A stretch of DNA of 28,697 nucleotides from a virus. Lineage: Duplodnaviria > Heunggongvirae > Uroviricota > Caudoviricetes. Below the pieces are notes generated by a model. The model ran no database searches, was not told where the DNA came from, and worked only from the letters and a program-made list of their open reading frames with translations. Numbering within the stretch: position 1 is the stretch's first letter; every line of letters begins with the position of its first letter. The DNA lies in IMG/VR virus record IMGVR_UViG_3300014204_000143. The stretch is one strand, 5' to 3'. Below are positions 17,578-26,866 of the stretch, in pieces. Made by a program: the position numbers and the translations under genes.

Positions 17578-18768
17578 ATGCAGGTAAAAACAGTTGATGA
17601 TTATTTTTCATTTTTCTACGACCCACATATTTATGGGGGTGGTAGTATTGATGAATTAATCAGAATTTACACAGGGAATTGTAATGTTGTTAATGGAAAA
17701 CTAAGAGTTTATGCGACCGCAACCGATAGTGCTATTATAAACACTTCATTCATGCACATGCTGGGTGACTGGGTTGCTAAGATAAAAGTGCCTACTGCAC
17801 CAACCAGCGGAGATAACCGTGTCTGGGGTTTATATTCCAGAAGTTACGGTAATCGAAATGCTGCCTATTTCTTTATAAGTGGTACAAATTTTTACACAAG
17901 AACATATGATGGTGATGGAAATGTAGAATCAAGAAGTATTACATGGGATACCTCGTGGACAAACACCGAGGTTGAATGGGAAATTAGGTGGAGAATCAAT
18001 AAGATTGAATTCTTAGCTAATGGTAGGGTGTTAAGCACAATTACGAAATCTCTTGGTGATTCTACATCACAATTTGATATAACAAACACATACGCAGATA
18101 CTTATCGATATACGTGGGATACAACAGGAACAGACCCAGAATTATCGTTAGTATCAAAATCAGACAATGTTCAGATTTATTCGGCAAAGTTTAGTTCTGG
18201 GAATAATGGAACATTTAATGTTTCTAACGTAGGAACAAATTGGTTTGAAGTAATTAATCCAAATGGAGTTGCTGAAAATAACAAGACTCTTGGGGTTGCT
18301 GGTTACGTTAATCTTTTAGGTGGAAGAAGTTCTCATTGGAGTCACATTCCAAAACAAGTATTAATTCCAACTTATTTCTCAAATGCTGGTAAGCCAGCAA
18401 CTGATGCCTTAGTAATGGATTGGTTGAGAATTGAAGGTGCTCGCAAATTCCAACAGGCTACTTGTAGTTATTACAGTTCTACTTCAACTACGTCTAGTTC
18501 TACTTCATCGTCAACTTCGTCTAGTACGTCTAGTTCGACTTCAAGTTCAACATCTAGTTCGACTTCTTCGTCAACTTCGTCTAGTACGTCAAGTTCGACT
18601 TCAAGTTCTACGTCTAGTTCAACTTCTTCGTCAACTTCGTCTAGTACGTCAAGTTCAACTTCAAGTTCTACATCTAGTTCGACAAGTTCATCAACTTCGT
18701 CTAGTACGTCAAGTTCAACTTCAAGTTCTACGTCTAGTTCTACAAGTTCAACAACAACACTTCCATAG
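17578..18768 (+). CDS. Putative virion protein: ConA/GH16-like beta-sandwich plus C-terminal Ser/Thr tract
   Basis: WEIRWRINKIEFLANGRVL resembles the ConA-like lectin/glucanase strand motif; the C-terminal 95 residues before LP* are only Ser/Thr. Confidence 0.7.
   Translation: MQVKTVDDYFSFFYDPHIYGGGSIDELIRIYTGNCNVVNGKLRVYATATDSAIINTSFMHMLGDWVAKIKVPTAPTSGDNRVWGLYSRSYGNRNAAYFFISGTNFYTRTYDGDGNVESRSITWDTSWTNTEVEWEIRWRINKIEFLANGRVLSTITKSLGDSTSQFDITNTYADTYRYTWDTTGTDPELSLVSKSDNVQIYSAKFSSGNNGTFNVSNVGTNWFEVINPNGVAENNKTLGVAGYVNLLGGRSSHWSHIPKQVLIPTYFSNAGKPATDALVMDWLRIEGARKFQQATCSYYSSTSTTSSSTSSSTSSSTSSSTSSSTSSSTSSSTSSSTSSSTSSSTSSSTSSSTSSSTSSSTSSSTSSSTSSSTSSSTSSSTSSSTSSSTSSTTTLP
18475..18759 (+). repeat. 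(TSSS)n coding repeat 1, 95 codons, with a 60-nt higher-order period
   Basis: TCAACTTCGTCTAGTACGTC recurs exactly at 18511, 18571, 18631 and 18691. Confidence 0.95.
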
Positions 18769-18778
18769 TTCAATATTG

Positions 18779-18799
18779 GGGAGGGGCAACCCTCCCTTT
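18779..18799 (+). terminator. Intrinsic terminator-like hairpin with GNRA loop
   Basis: GGGAGGG-GCAA-CCCTCCC-TTT; short U-tract. Confidence 0.6.
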
Positions 18800-18825
18800 G
18801 AACGTTTAATATTAAATTATATACT

Positions 18826-20118
18826 ATGAATAAAGATAACATTAAGAATATCGAACCTATCGATATTATTTTGGTTTCTTATAATAGATTAAACTTTTTA
18901 AAAAAAATAGTAAATGAAATATATGAGAGAACAAATTATCCTCACAGATTAATTGTAGTTGATAACAATTCTGATGATGGTTCTAAGGATTGGTTACAAA
19001 ACGCTAAATTAAATGGTTTTGTTTCTGAAAACATATTTTTAGAAAAGAATAACGGATTAGCTAATGGATATACAGAAGGTTTTAAACATGTAAGAAGTAA
19101 ATATTTTATTACTACCCAGGATGATTGTTTACCACCAAAGTTACAACCATGTTGGCTTGAAAGAATGGTACATTTATTTGAAAAATATGATAATGAATAT
19201 TTAGCTTTATCAATGAGAATTCAAAGAATTAGACATAGAAAAGTTGATGAATTTGACGATATTATTGAATCACCAACATCACTAGCCTCAGTATTTAGAA
19301 TTCAAAGAAAAGAAGAAATAGAACAGGTTGGAGGTTTTGGTAACAGACAACATTGGGAAGGGGTTAGTTTTGTAAAAATGACAAAACATTTTAGAAAAAA
19401 ATACGGAGTTACGACACACATTTATTCAGACCACATTGGATTTATGTCAAATAATAAAGGTTTTAAAGAAGGTTTTAAGGACTATTTTACATATTCACCA
19501 GAGAGAGTTAATCAGGGTGAATTACAACCATATCCAGACGTAGAACCTAAAAGTTTAATTCCAATAAAAATAAATACAACAAGAGATTCTGTTGAGCAAA
19601 ATAAACGAAAAGAGTATTACGATTATTGGGGTCACGATATGAGAAAAGGAAAATTAAGATTAACAGAAGAACAGTTGGAATTATCTAAGTATTGTGAAAC
19701 TGGTGTTGGTTTAGATTTGGGTTGCGGAATGATAAAATGCAATAATAATTGTATTGGTATGGACGTTTATCCTCACGAGTGTGTAGACGTTGTTGGTGAC
19801 TGCACTGACTTGTGGATGTTTAAGGATAATGAGTTGGATTTTATAGTAAATGCTCATTTATTGGAACATTTACCAGACACACCAACGGTATTAAAAGAAT
19901 GGAAAAGAGTTTTAAAACCAGGAGGAATTTTAGGTATAGCGGTTCCTGATGGAGAAATTAAACATAAATATATTATTAAAAATGGTCATAAGGTAAACTT
20001 GGGTTTAAAGACATTAGAATTACTCGTCCATCGAGTAGTTGGAATGAAAATACTTAGATTGGAACAAGTTAAGAAGTCACCTGGTAAATTTGTCGCTTTA
20101 ATTATTGCTAAAAAATAA
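18826..20118 (+). CDS. GT2 glycosyltransferase fused to a class I SAM methyltransferase
   Basis: IDIILVSYNR...LIVVDNNSDDGS and TTQDDC (DxD-like); C-terminal LDLGCG, FIVNAHLLEHL and EWKRVLKPGGIL..AVPD. Confidence 0.88.
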   Translation: MNKDNIKNIEPIDIILVSYNRLNFLKKIVNEIYERTNYPHRLIVVDNNSDDGSKDWLQNAKLNGFVSENIFLEKNNGLANGYTEGFKHVRSKYFITTQDDCLPPKLQPCWLERMVHLFEKYDNEYLALSMRIQRIRHRKVDEFDDIIESPTSLASVFRIQRKEEIEQVGGFGNRQHWEGVSFVKMTKHFRKKYGVTTHIYSDHIGFMSNNKGFKEGFKDYFTYSPERVNQGELQPYPDVEPKSLIPIKINTTRDSVEQNKRKEYYDYWGHDMRKGKLRLTEEQLELSKYCETGVGLDLGCGMIKCNNNCIGMDVYPHECVDVVGDCTDLWMFKDNELDFIVNAHLLEHLPDTPTVLKEWKRVLKPGGILGIAVPDGEIKHKYIIKNGHKVNLGLKTLELLVHRVVGMKILRLEQVKKSPGKFVALIIAKK

Positions 20119-20120
20119 AT

Positions 20121-20732
20121 ATGAAAGTATCAATTATAACAGCTGCTTTTAGAGCAGAATATATGGATAGAGTATGGCAATCTGTTTTATCTCAAACGCA
20201 TAAAGAATGGGAATGGATAATAGTAAATGATGGACAAGATTCTATTAGAGAATGGTTTAACAAATCAAAGTCAAGTGGTATTTTTGAAGGATACGATGTT
20301 TGGTTTATTGATGTTACAAAAAATATGGGTAGATTTGGTTTATATGCTAGGAATATTGGTATAGTCTCATCACATAATGAGCATATCGTATTTTTAGATG
20401 ACGATAATGAATTTAACCCAGACCATATTGAGAGTCTTCTTAGTCTTGAAATATCTTCAGGAAAAGTTCCTTATTGTTATTTGCATATCAAGGGAAAGAA
20501 GGAAGATTCAAAGTTTGAAAGGGTAAAGGTTACTAATCTGCATAGGGGACAAATAGACCTTGGATGCGTGTTATATAAAAAAGAATATTTTGATAAGTTC
20601 GGATATTTTAGAAATGATTCACAGATAACATTTGACTGGAATTGTATAGACAGAATTTGGAAAGGGTTAGGAAATGATTCATTTGTATCAACTGAAAATC
20701 CATCATTAGTCTTTTGGCACAGAAGATATTAA
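20121..20732 (+). CDS. GT2 glycosyltransferase
   Basis: MKVSIITAAF, SVLSQTHKEWEWIIVNDG, ARNIGI, HIVFLDDDN. Confidence 0.88.
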   Translation: MKVSIITAAFRAEYMDRVWQSVLSQTHKEWEWIIVNDGQDSIREWFNKSKSSGIFEGYDVWFIDVTKNMGRFGLYARNIGIVSSHNEHIVFLDDDNEFNPDHIESLLSLEISSGKVPYCYLHIKGKKEDSKFERVKVTNLHRGQIDLGCVLYKKEYFDKFGYFRNDSQITFDWNCIDRIWKGLGNDSFVSTENPSLVFWHRRY

Positions 20733-20733
20733 A

Positions 20734-21048
20734 ATGAGAGATTATTTAAAAGACATCAATATAGTCCAAGCAATGTTAGTATTTAGAGAGGGTGATTTAC
20801 TTGACCAATCTATACCAAGTTTTTTAAAATATGCTGATAAAATTATAATAATGCTTGATAATAGTGATGAATATACAGAAAATAAGGTAATGTCGTATAA
20901 GTTAAAATATCAAGATAGAATAATTGTTAATCAATCTGAGTTCTATAAACTAGAATCTTCTCCAGAAAAGATGAATTCAAGATTCTGTAAATTAGAAGGT
21001 AAAATACGAAACAGTTTATTAGATTCTGTTAGAAATGAAAATAATTAA
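20734..21048 (+). pseudogene. Truncated GT2-like protein (N-terminal half only)
   Basis: AMLVFREGDLLDQSI...ADKIIIMLDNSDEYT...EGKIRNSLLDSVR, then a stop just before where the DxD strand would be expected. Confidence 0.55.
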
Positions 21049-21057
21049 AAATAAAAT

Positions 21058-22164
21058 ATGTCAATACAAGAAAAAGTTAAATTAATACAAGGTGGTAAAT
21101 TTGAAGGCAGTTCAATTACTAACGGAAAAATTTATCACGATTTACCATTTGAAAAACTTGGTAAAATAAGAAGTCACCGTGGAAATACTCGTGGTAGAAT
21201 TAATCAAATTTTAGATATTGTTGATGTTAAGGGTAAGACTGTATTAGATATAGGTTGTAATGTTGGAGGAATATCTCTCGGAATGGCAGAGGCTGGTGCT
21301 AGTTATGTTATGGGTGTTGATTATGATAAGGAGAGTATAGATATAGCAGTTGAGGCAACAAAAGAACTAGAATTTACAAATGCTAATTTTGATTGTGAAA
21401 ACATCGACATTAATTCCTTAAAAGACATTAAAAACTATGACATTATCATCTGGCTTTCTCAGTGGCAATGGATGGTTAAACAATATGGATTAGATATTGC
21501 CAAAGATATGTTGTTTGAAGTATCTAGAAAGTGTGAAGTTTTGGTGTTTGATAGTGCTTCTGATGATGGGATGGCCAGAATAAAGGGTTCAACTCAAGAT
21601 GATATTGAAAATTGGTTATTAGAAAATACTTGTTTTGATACTATAATTAGATATAAAGGTTTACCTGGATGGCTTAATAGAGACTTGTTTATTTGTAGCA
21701 ACCCAGTTAAAAGAATAAAAGATAGACACATAGCGGCATCATCTATTATAGAGAGAATTAGTAGAAACGAAATTAAAAAAACATATAAATTAAGTAATAT
21801 ATGGATGGTAAAGCGTGAATCTGAGTTTTTAACAGCACTTAAAGACAGTATTCATTTTCCAAAATTAATAGAAACTGGTGATAATTACATAGTAATGAGT
21901 TATTGTGGTAGACCTGGAAAAGTGACTAAGGATATGGAAACTCAAACAAGTGAAATTTTAAAAGCACTAGAAATTGCAGGAATTAAACACAGAGATATAA
22001 GGAGTGGAAATTTGTTATCTTTAAATGGTATATTATATTTAATAGATTTTGGGTTATCAATTTGGATAACTGAGACAGATACGCCATTTTTATCTGCCAA
22101 AAGGTTCAGAAAAGAGTCAAATACTGATTCTAGTGCTATAAATGAATTTTTTAAAAGTTTGTAA
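21058..22164 (+). CDS. Bifunctional SAM methyltransferase-kinase (WbdD-like domain order)
   Basis: TVLDIGCNVGGIS...GVDYD (SAM motif I), followed by kinase motifs IKKTY, RESEFL, HFPKLI, IVMSY, HRDIRSGNLL and LIDFG. Confidence 0.85.
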   Translation: MSIQEKVKLIQGGKFEGSSITNGKIYHDLPFEKLGKIRSHRGNTRGRINQILDIVDVKGKTVLDIGCNVGGISLGMAEAGASYVMGVDYDKESIDIAVEATKELEFTNANFDCENIDINSLKDIKNYDIIIWLSQWQWMVKQYGLDIAKDMLFEVSRKCEVLVFDSASDDGMARIKGSTQDDIENWLLENTCFDTIIRYKGLPGWLNRDLFICSNPVKRIKDRHIAASSIIERISRNEIKKTYKLSNIWMVKRESEFLTALKDSIHFPKLIETGDNYIVMSYCGRPGKVTKDMETQTSEILKALEIAGIKHRDIRSGNLLSLNGILYLIDFGLSIWITETDTPFLSAKRFRKESNTDSSAINEFFKSL

Positions 22165-22258
22165 ATCGACTTTCTCTAACTAAACATTAGTTTAAGACAA
22201 ATCTGGGTTAACAATAAACTAATTTATCCTATTGGGTTGACATTAGATATTTATGACT

Positions 22259-22272
22259 AATGTTATAATTAA
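22259..22272 (+). promoter_or_regulatory. Variant of the putative late promoter motif
   Basis: AATGTTATAATTAA matches the last 14 nt of the 21-mer; lies upstream of the fibre module. Confidence 0.65.
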
Positions 22273-22327
22273 TGTATATATGAAGATTATTATCTAACGA
22301 TAGTAGTCTTTTTTTTAAAATAACACT

Positions 22328-22555
22328 ATGTGGACAGCAACATTAAAAGAAATAAAAACAGAAAACGAAACAATCGTCTATGAAATTGAATACTCAAGAG
22401 ATGGAAAATCATTTAAAAGGCTTTATCAGGTTTCAGCCCTTGGGTCTATTGAAGAAATTCAAAAAGTAGCTCAAGACCAAATCAATACATTGATTGCAAA
22501 CGAAAGTGTTGTTGAGGATATTTTAGAATATTTAGACCAACCATTAACCGAATAG
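22328..22555 (+). CDS. Small hypothetical protein, possibly fibre-associated
   Basis: 75-aa ORF; the next gene starts 1 nt after its stop. Confidence 0.65.
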   Translation: MWTATLKEIKTENETIVYEIEYSRDGKSFKRLYQVSALGSIEEIQKVAQDQINTLIANESVVEDILEYLDQPLTE

Positions 22556-22556
22556 T

Positions 22557-25226
22557 ATGGCAACAGTAGTATGTGCCGCTTGTGCGGATGGAAATTTAAC
22601 CTCAGCCTCAACTTGGGCAATATGTGATCAGAGTTCAACCGCTGGACTTTCTTTTTTAGATACAGAAGGAAGTTCTGGAGTTGCAATTGGTTCAACACCA
22701 GCATATAGTGGTAATTTTTCTTGGACTTCTGGTGCTCCTACAATTGATGGGATTGGCTTAAAACTTGCAAGTCGAGCCGCATCAGTTTCGGGAACAATTA
22801 CGGTAATTTTAAGAGATGTAACTGGTTCTTCTAATGTAAAAACCGTAACAATAGATGCCGCAGATTTATCAGCACAATCTTATGGTTGGACATTTTTTAA
22901 GTTTGATTCATCAACCGCACTCTCAAACTCTAATAATTATGCTGTTGGTATTTCGGCATCAACAACACAACCAATTACAATTTTAAAACGAACGTCAGAT
23001 AATGATTTTGCTAAATATTTAAGAACAACAACAACTGGTGCTCCTGCCGCCGATGATGTAATGATTGTTTGTGGTGAATTTACCGCCGCAGGTGCAATGA
23101 CAACTAGAACGGTTACAATGAATAGCACCGCCACAACATCTTATGGGGTGGTTGCAGTGACAACATACTTACAACACATCTCAGTTGGACAAGGTGGATA
23201 TTGGAATAATGGAACAACCGCCTCAACTGATTATAATTTTACTTGGAAAGGTATATTTCAAGTTAGTGGTGGTGGAACGCTTAACATAGGTAGTTCTGGC
23301 ACTCGTTTCACTTCATCATCTACCGCAAGTTATAATGCGGCTGCCACTGCTAGTGGTAATACTGGTATAGTTTATAATATCGGGGCAGTAGTCAATATTT
23401 ATGGAACTACTAAGAACGAACAGACACTATTAACCGAATCTATCGGTGGAATTTGTTCAACTTCAGGGACAACGGTTACCAGACACACTGGTCTTTCATT
23501 CACTGGACTATCGGGGACACTTACAATCAATAGTGTTGGATATACCATCGCATCAGTAACAGATGCTGACCACCTAGAATTAACGGGAAGTCCTGGTAGT
23601 CAAACATATAAAAATTATATTCACTCAACTGCCAATGTAGTCAAGGTTGTCTCGACTTCTGGTTGGGTAGCTGGAGATACCTTGGCTTTTGCAGGAACTG
23701 GACAGAGTGTTTCTGAGGGTGAAAGTGCAACGATTTCAAACGTCGATAGTGCAACCCAAGTAACACTTTCGACTTCACTAACAAAACCCCACATTGTTGA
23801 TGGGTATGATGTAGTTGCTGAAGTCATCAATCTAACCAGAAATGTTAAATTTTTTGGAACATCTAGCTATGGAGGATATTCAGTGTCTGAGTCATCTGCT
23901 GTCGTTAATATTCACGATGTCGAACACTATTATTGGGGATATAATGCCACTGGTAAAAAAGGAATGACAATTCGAAGCACCACTGGTTCTTGTAATTTTC
24001 TTCACAATTCAATTTATAACTCAAACTTCACGGGTAATATTTCAGTCGATGTTTTGGGAAGTTCTTCGAATAATATTTTGATTGAATACAATGTTCTTTA
24101 TAATGTTACTGTTGGAATGTCGTTGGCAACATCTTCAAATGCAACTCATTGCCATAACAACTGCTTAATAACTTGTGCTGGTAACGGAATCACTTCTGGT
24201 AATCTGATTCACGAGATTTCTTATAATAGAATTGCCAATGCAGCAACAAACGGATTAAATTATAGTAATCCTGCTGGAGTCACTATTGGTCTTTGTGATA
24301 ACAATATTTGTCATAGTTGTAGTAGTGGACTTACAATCAACGCCGTCTATGCACAAGGAAACATTACAAATTGTAAAGCTTATAACAATGTTGGTAATGG
24401 ATTTAACTTTACATCCGCAATTCAAAATATAAAAATTAGTGATTCAAAAACATTTGGTAACGCAAGCAAAAACTTATTATTCACTAGTGCCGCTGGACAC
24501 GTCCTTTTAGATAACGTCACTCTTGGTGGTTGGATAGGTAGTGGTTCTGCTGGGTCAGGTGTTTATATGGAAAATGTTTGTTTTGATGTTAGAAGTAAAA
24601 ACTGCTCATTCGGGGTTACTTCGGGTTCGATTGTCGGTCAGGTTACTTCTGATTTTTACTTTACTGGTTTAAATTACGGTAAGTGGGTTGATGATAATAG
24701 TTATTTTGGTTCATCGACTTTGATAACTGGTCCAACAAGAATTTATTCAATGTTTCCTGGCGACCCATCAATGTTATCTTTTGAAAGATTTAATCGTACT
24801 GCTGGTTCTCATAAAACTTATACGAGTGAGGGATTGATTGAAATCGATACTACTGAATATTATGGAGCGAGTGGAGAGTCAACTCGAATGACACCTAACG
24901 CAAATGCGACTACATCAAATAGAATGAAAAGTTATGAATTTAAATGTGCCGTTGCTAGCGGAAATACAGTAACTCCAACACTATATTTAAAGAAAAATGC
25001 TTCTTATGACGGTTCTCAACCTCGACTTTATGTTAAACAAAACTATGCTCTCGGGATAACCGCCGATACACTCTTGGCGACTTATGCTTCAGGGACTGGT
25101 TCTTGGAATTCTCTTGGAGGGGTAGCAACTGCTTCTGTGACCGATGATGGAACTTTATCTTTTTATGTTGATTGTGACTACAACACTGGTGGTTATATAA
25201 ATATCGACACGGTAAATATTCCTTAA
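22557..25226 (+). CDS. Putative tailspike/receptor-binding protein with right-handed parallel beta-helix
   Basis: Asn/Gly/Cys-rich PbH1-like repeats (HNSIYNS, YNVLYNV, HNNCLIT, YNRIANA, DNNICHSC); AEVINLTRNVKFFG motif; beta-rich C-terminal domain. Confidence 0.75.
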   Translation: MATVVCAACADGNLTSASTWAICDQSSTAGLSFLDTEGSSGVAIGSTPAYSGNFSWTSGAPTIDGIGLKLASRAASVSGTITVILRDVTGSSNVKTVTIDAADLSAQSYGWTFFKFDSSTALSNSNNYAVGISASTTQPITILKRTSDNDFAKYLRTTTTGAPAADDVMIVCGEFTAAGAMTTRTVTMNSTATTSYGVVAVTTYLQHISVGQGGYWNNGTTASTDYNFTWKGIFQVSGGGTLNIGSSGTRFTSSSTASYNAAATASGNTGIVYNIGAVVNIYGTTKNEQTLLTESIGGICSTSGTTVTRHTGLSFTGLSGTLTINSVGYTIASVTDADHLELTGSPGSQTYKNYIHSTANVVKVVSTSGWVAGDTLAFAGTGQSVSEGESATISNVDSATQVTLSTSLTKPHIVDGYDVVAEVINLTRNVKFFGTSSYGGYSVSESSAVVNIHDVEHYYWGYNATGKKGMTIRSTTGSCNFLHNSIYNSNFTGNISVDVLGSSSNNILIEYNVLYNVTVGMSLATSSNATHCHNNCLITCAGNGITSGNLIHEISYNRIANAATNGLNYSNPAGVTIGLCDNNICHSCSSGLTINAVYAQGNITNCKAYNNVGNGFNFTSAIQNIKISDSKTFGNASKNLLFTSAAGHVLLDNVTLGGWIGSGSAGSGVYMENVCFDVRSKNCSFGVTSGSIVGQVTSDFYFTGLNYGKWVDDNSYFGSSTLITGPTRIYSMFPGDPSMLSFERFNRTAGSHKTYTSEGLIEIDTTEYYGASGESTRMTPNANATTSNRMKSYEFKCAVASGNTVTPTLYLKKNASYDGSQPRLYVKQNYALGITADTLLATYASGTGSWNSLGGVATASVTDDGTLSFYVDCDYNTGGYINIDTVNIP

Positions 25227-25249
25227 TTAATAAAAACTTCATATAAAAA

Positions 25250-26848
25250 ATGGCTTCGGTAGACCCACAAGGAGAACAAAATTATTGGGAAGATGGTCTT
25301 CCATTTAGAGGGATAAAAAATGGAAGCCATGATGCTGGTGAAATGCAGTTCTGGGACGAAGGGCTTCCTTTTGCATACTTATTTCCTTCTGGAGCAACAA
25401 CGACATCAACGAGTAGTTCTACAAGCTCTTCGACTTCATCGTCTACAAGTTCTTCGACTTCGAGTAGTACGTCTAGTTCGACATCAAGTTCTACGTCTTC
25501 ATCAACAAGTAGTTCCACTAGCTCATCAACAAGTTCAAGCACATCTAGTTCAACTTCATCGTCTACAAGTTCTTCGACTTCGAGTTCTACGACTTCATCG
25601 TCTACAAGTTCTTCAACTTCAAGTTCTACGTCTAGTTCTACGTCTAGTTCGACTTCAAGTTCTACAAGTTCTAGTACTTCGAGTTCAACATCAAGCAGTA
25701 CTTTAAGTTCAACTTCATCATCTACTAGTTCTTCAACTTCTAGTACTTCGTCGTCAACAAGTTCATCAACATCATCTTCTACTTCAAGTTCGACAAGTAG
25801 CTCAACATCAAGTTCGACAAGTAGTTCTACATCTTCATCGACTAGTAGTTCTACGAGTTCATCAACAAGTTCAACTTCGAGTTCTACCAGTTCTAGTACG
25901 TCTAGTTCTACATCTTCATCGACGAGCAGTTCAACTTCGTCAAGTACGTCTAGTTCAACGTCAAGTAGTACAAGTTCATCTACCTCAAGCTCAACTAGTT
26001 CTTCGACAAGTTCAACTTCAAGTTCAACGTCAAGTTCGACTTCATCGTCTACGAGCAGTTCAACTTCTTCGAGTACGTCTAGTTCGACGTCTAGCTCAAC
26101 GTCTAGTTCAACTAGTTCTTCGACTTCAAGTTCAACGTCTAGTTCAACTTCAAGTTCTACGTCTTCATCGACAAGTAGTTCGACTTCAAGTTCTACGTCT
26201 TCATCGACAAGTAGTTCGACTTCTAGTTCGACTTCTAGTTCTACGTCTTCATCGACAAGTAGCTCGACTAGCTCTTCGACTTCAAGTTCAACGTCTAGTT
26301 CAACTAGTTCTTCGACTTCAAGTTCAACGTCTAGCTCGACAAGTAGTTCTACAAGTTCTAGCACATCTAGTTCGACTTCAAGTTCTACTAGTTCTTCAAC
26401 TAGTAGCTCAACGTCATCTAGTACATCTCTTCCGTCTGACGAAGACTATTCTAGGGGAGACTATGCTAATTTGCCATTAGACGAAACAGACCTAGAGACT
26501 TTATTTTCTTCATCAGATTATTTAAAAGTAAGAACTGTTGATAGTATTTTTGTAGACCAAACAGCAACTGCTGAATATTCTGTCTTCTTATTTAAAAATC
26601 AAGCACCTGACGCTATTAATCCTCCGAATATGACGTGTGTCGCTAAAAGTAGTTTAGCTCCAACAATTTCAACTGTTTATTTACAAGTATATAACTTAAC
26701 AACGTCTTCTTGGGAAACCTTAACGTCAAATTCTGTCGCTAATGCTGATACTCCGTTTACAATGACAGCATCGCTAACTAGCGGTTTAGACGACCATCGA
26801 GATGTTGGTAATTGGTATTATTTTAGAGTTTATCAATTACAATTTTAA
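25250..26848 (+). CDS. Mucin-like putative virion protein: 49-aa head, 344-aa Ser/Thr stalk, ~140-aa distal domain
   Basis: Direct translation. The N-terminus contains the duplicated motif GEQNYWEDGLPF / GEMQFWDEGLPF. Confidence 0.8.
   Translation: MASVDPQGEQNYWEDGLPFRGIKNGSHDAGEMQFWDEGLPFAYLFPSGATTTSTSSSTSSSTSSSTSSSTSSSTSSSTSSSTSSSTSSSTSSSTSSSTSSSTSSSTSSSTSSSTTSSSTSSSTSSSTSSSTSSSTSSSTSSSTSSSTSSSTLSSTSSSTSSSTSSTSSSTSSSTSSSTSSSTSSSTSSSTSSSTSSSTSSSTSSSTSSTSSSTSSSTSSSTSSSTSSSTSSSTSSSTSSSTSSSTSSSTSSSTSSTSSSTSSSTSSSTSSSTSSSTSSSTSSSTSSSTSSSTSSSTSSSTSSSTSSSTSSSTSSSTSSSTSSSTSSSTSSSTSSSTSSSTSSSTSSSTSSSTSSSTSSSTSSSTSSSTSSSTSSSTSSSTSSSTSSSTSSSTSLPSDEDYSRGDYANLPLDETDLETLFSSSDYLKVRTVDSIFVDQTATAEYSVFLFKNQAPDAINPPNMTCVAKSSLAPTISTVYLQVYNLTTSSWETLTSNSVANADTPFTMTASLTSGLDDHRDVGNWYYFRVYQLQF
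25397..26428 (+). repeat. (TSSS)n coding repeat 2, 344 codons
   Basis: All Ser/Thr except one Leu (TTA at 25703); mixed synonymous codons. Confidence 0.95.
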
Positions 26849-26866
26849 TAAATTAACTTCAATTAT

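Noticed and set aside
18826-22164. GT cluster as a DNA hypermodification system
   Set aside because: Not excluded, but disfavoured: no hydroxymethylase, TET/JBP or nucleotide-pathway gene is in the window, and the context is structural.
9032-25242. Small nested or antisense ORFs inside terL, portal, capsid and spike genes
   Set aside because: They overlap well-supported long genes and have no motifs of their own.
25320-25706. Alternative-frame L/R/Q/V-rich ORFs (also 18431..18829)
   Set aside because: Off-frame readings of the repeat, which is poor in stop codons.
25282-26364. 360-aa minus-strand ORF rich in E/L/V/D (also 18471..18842)
   Set aside because: Antisense shadow of the TSSS codons; no start context or independent signal.
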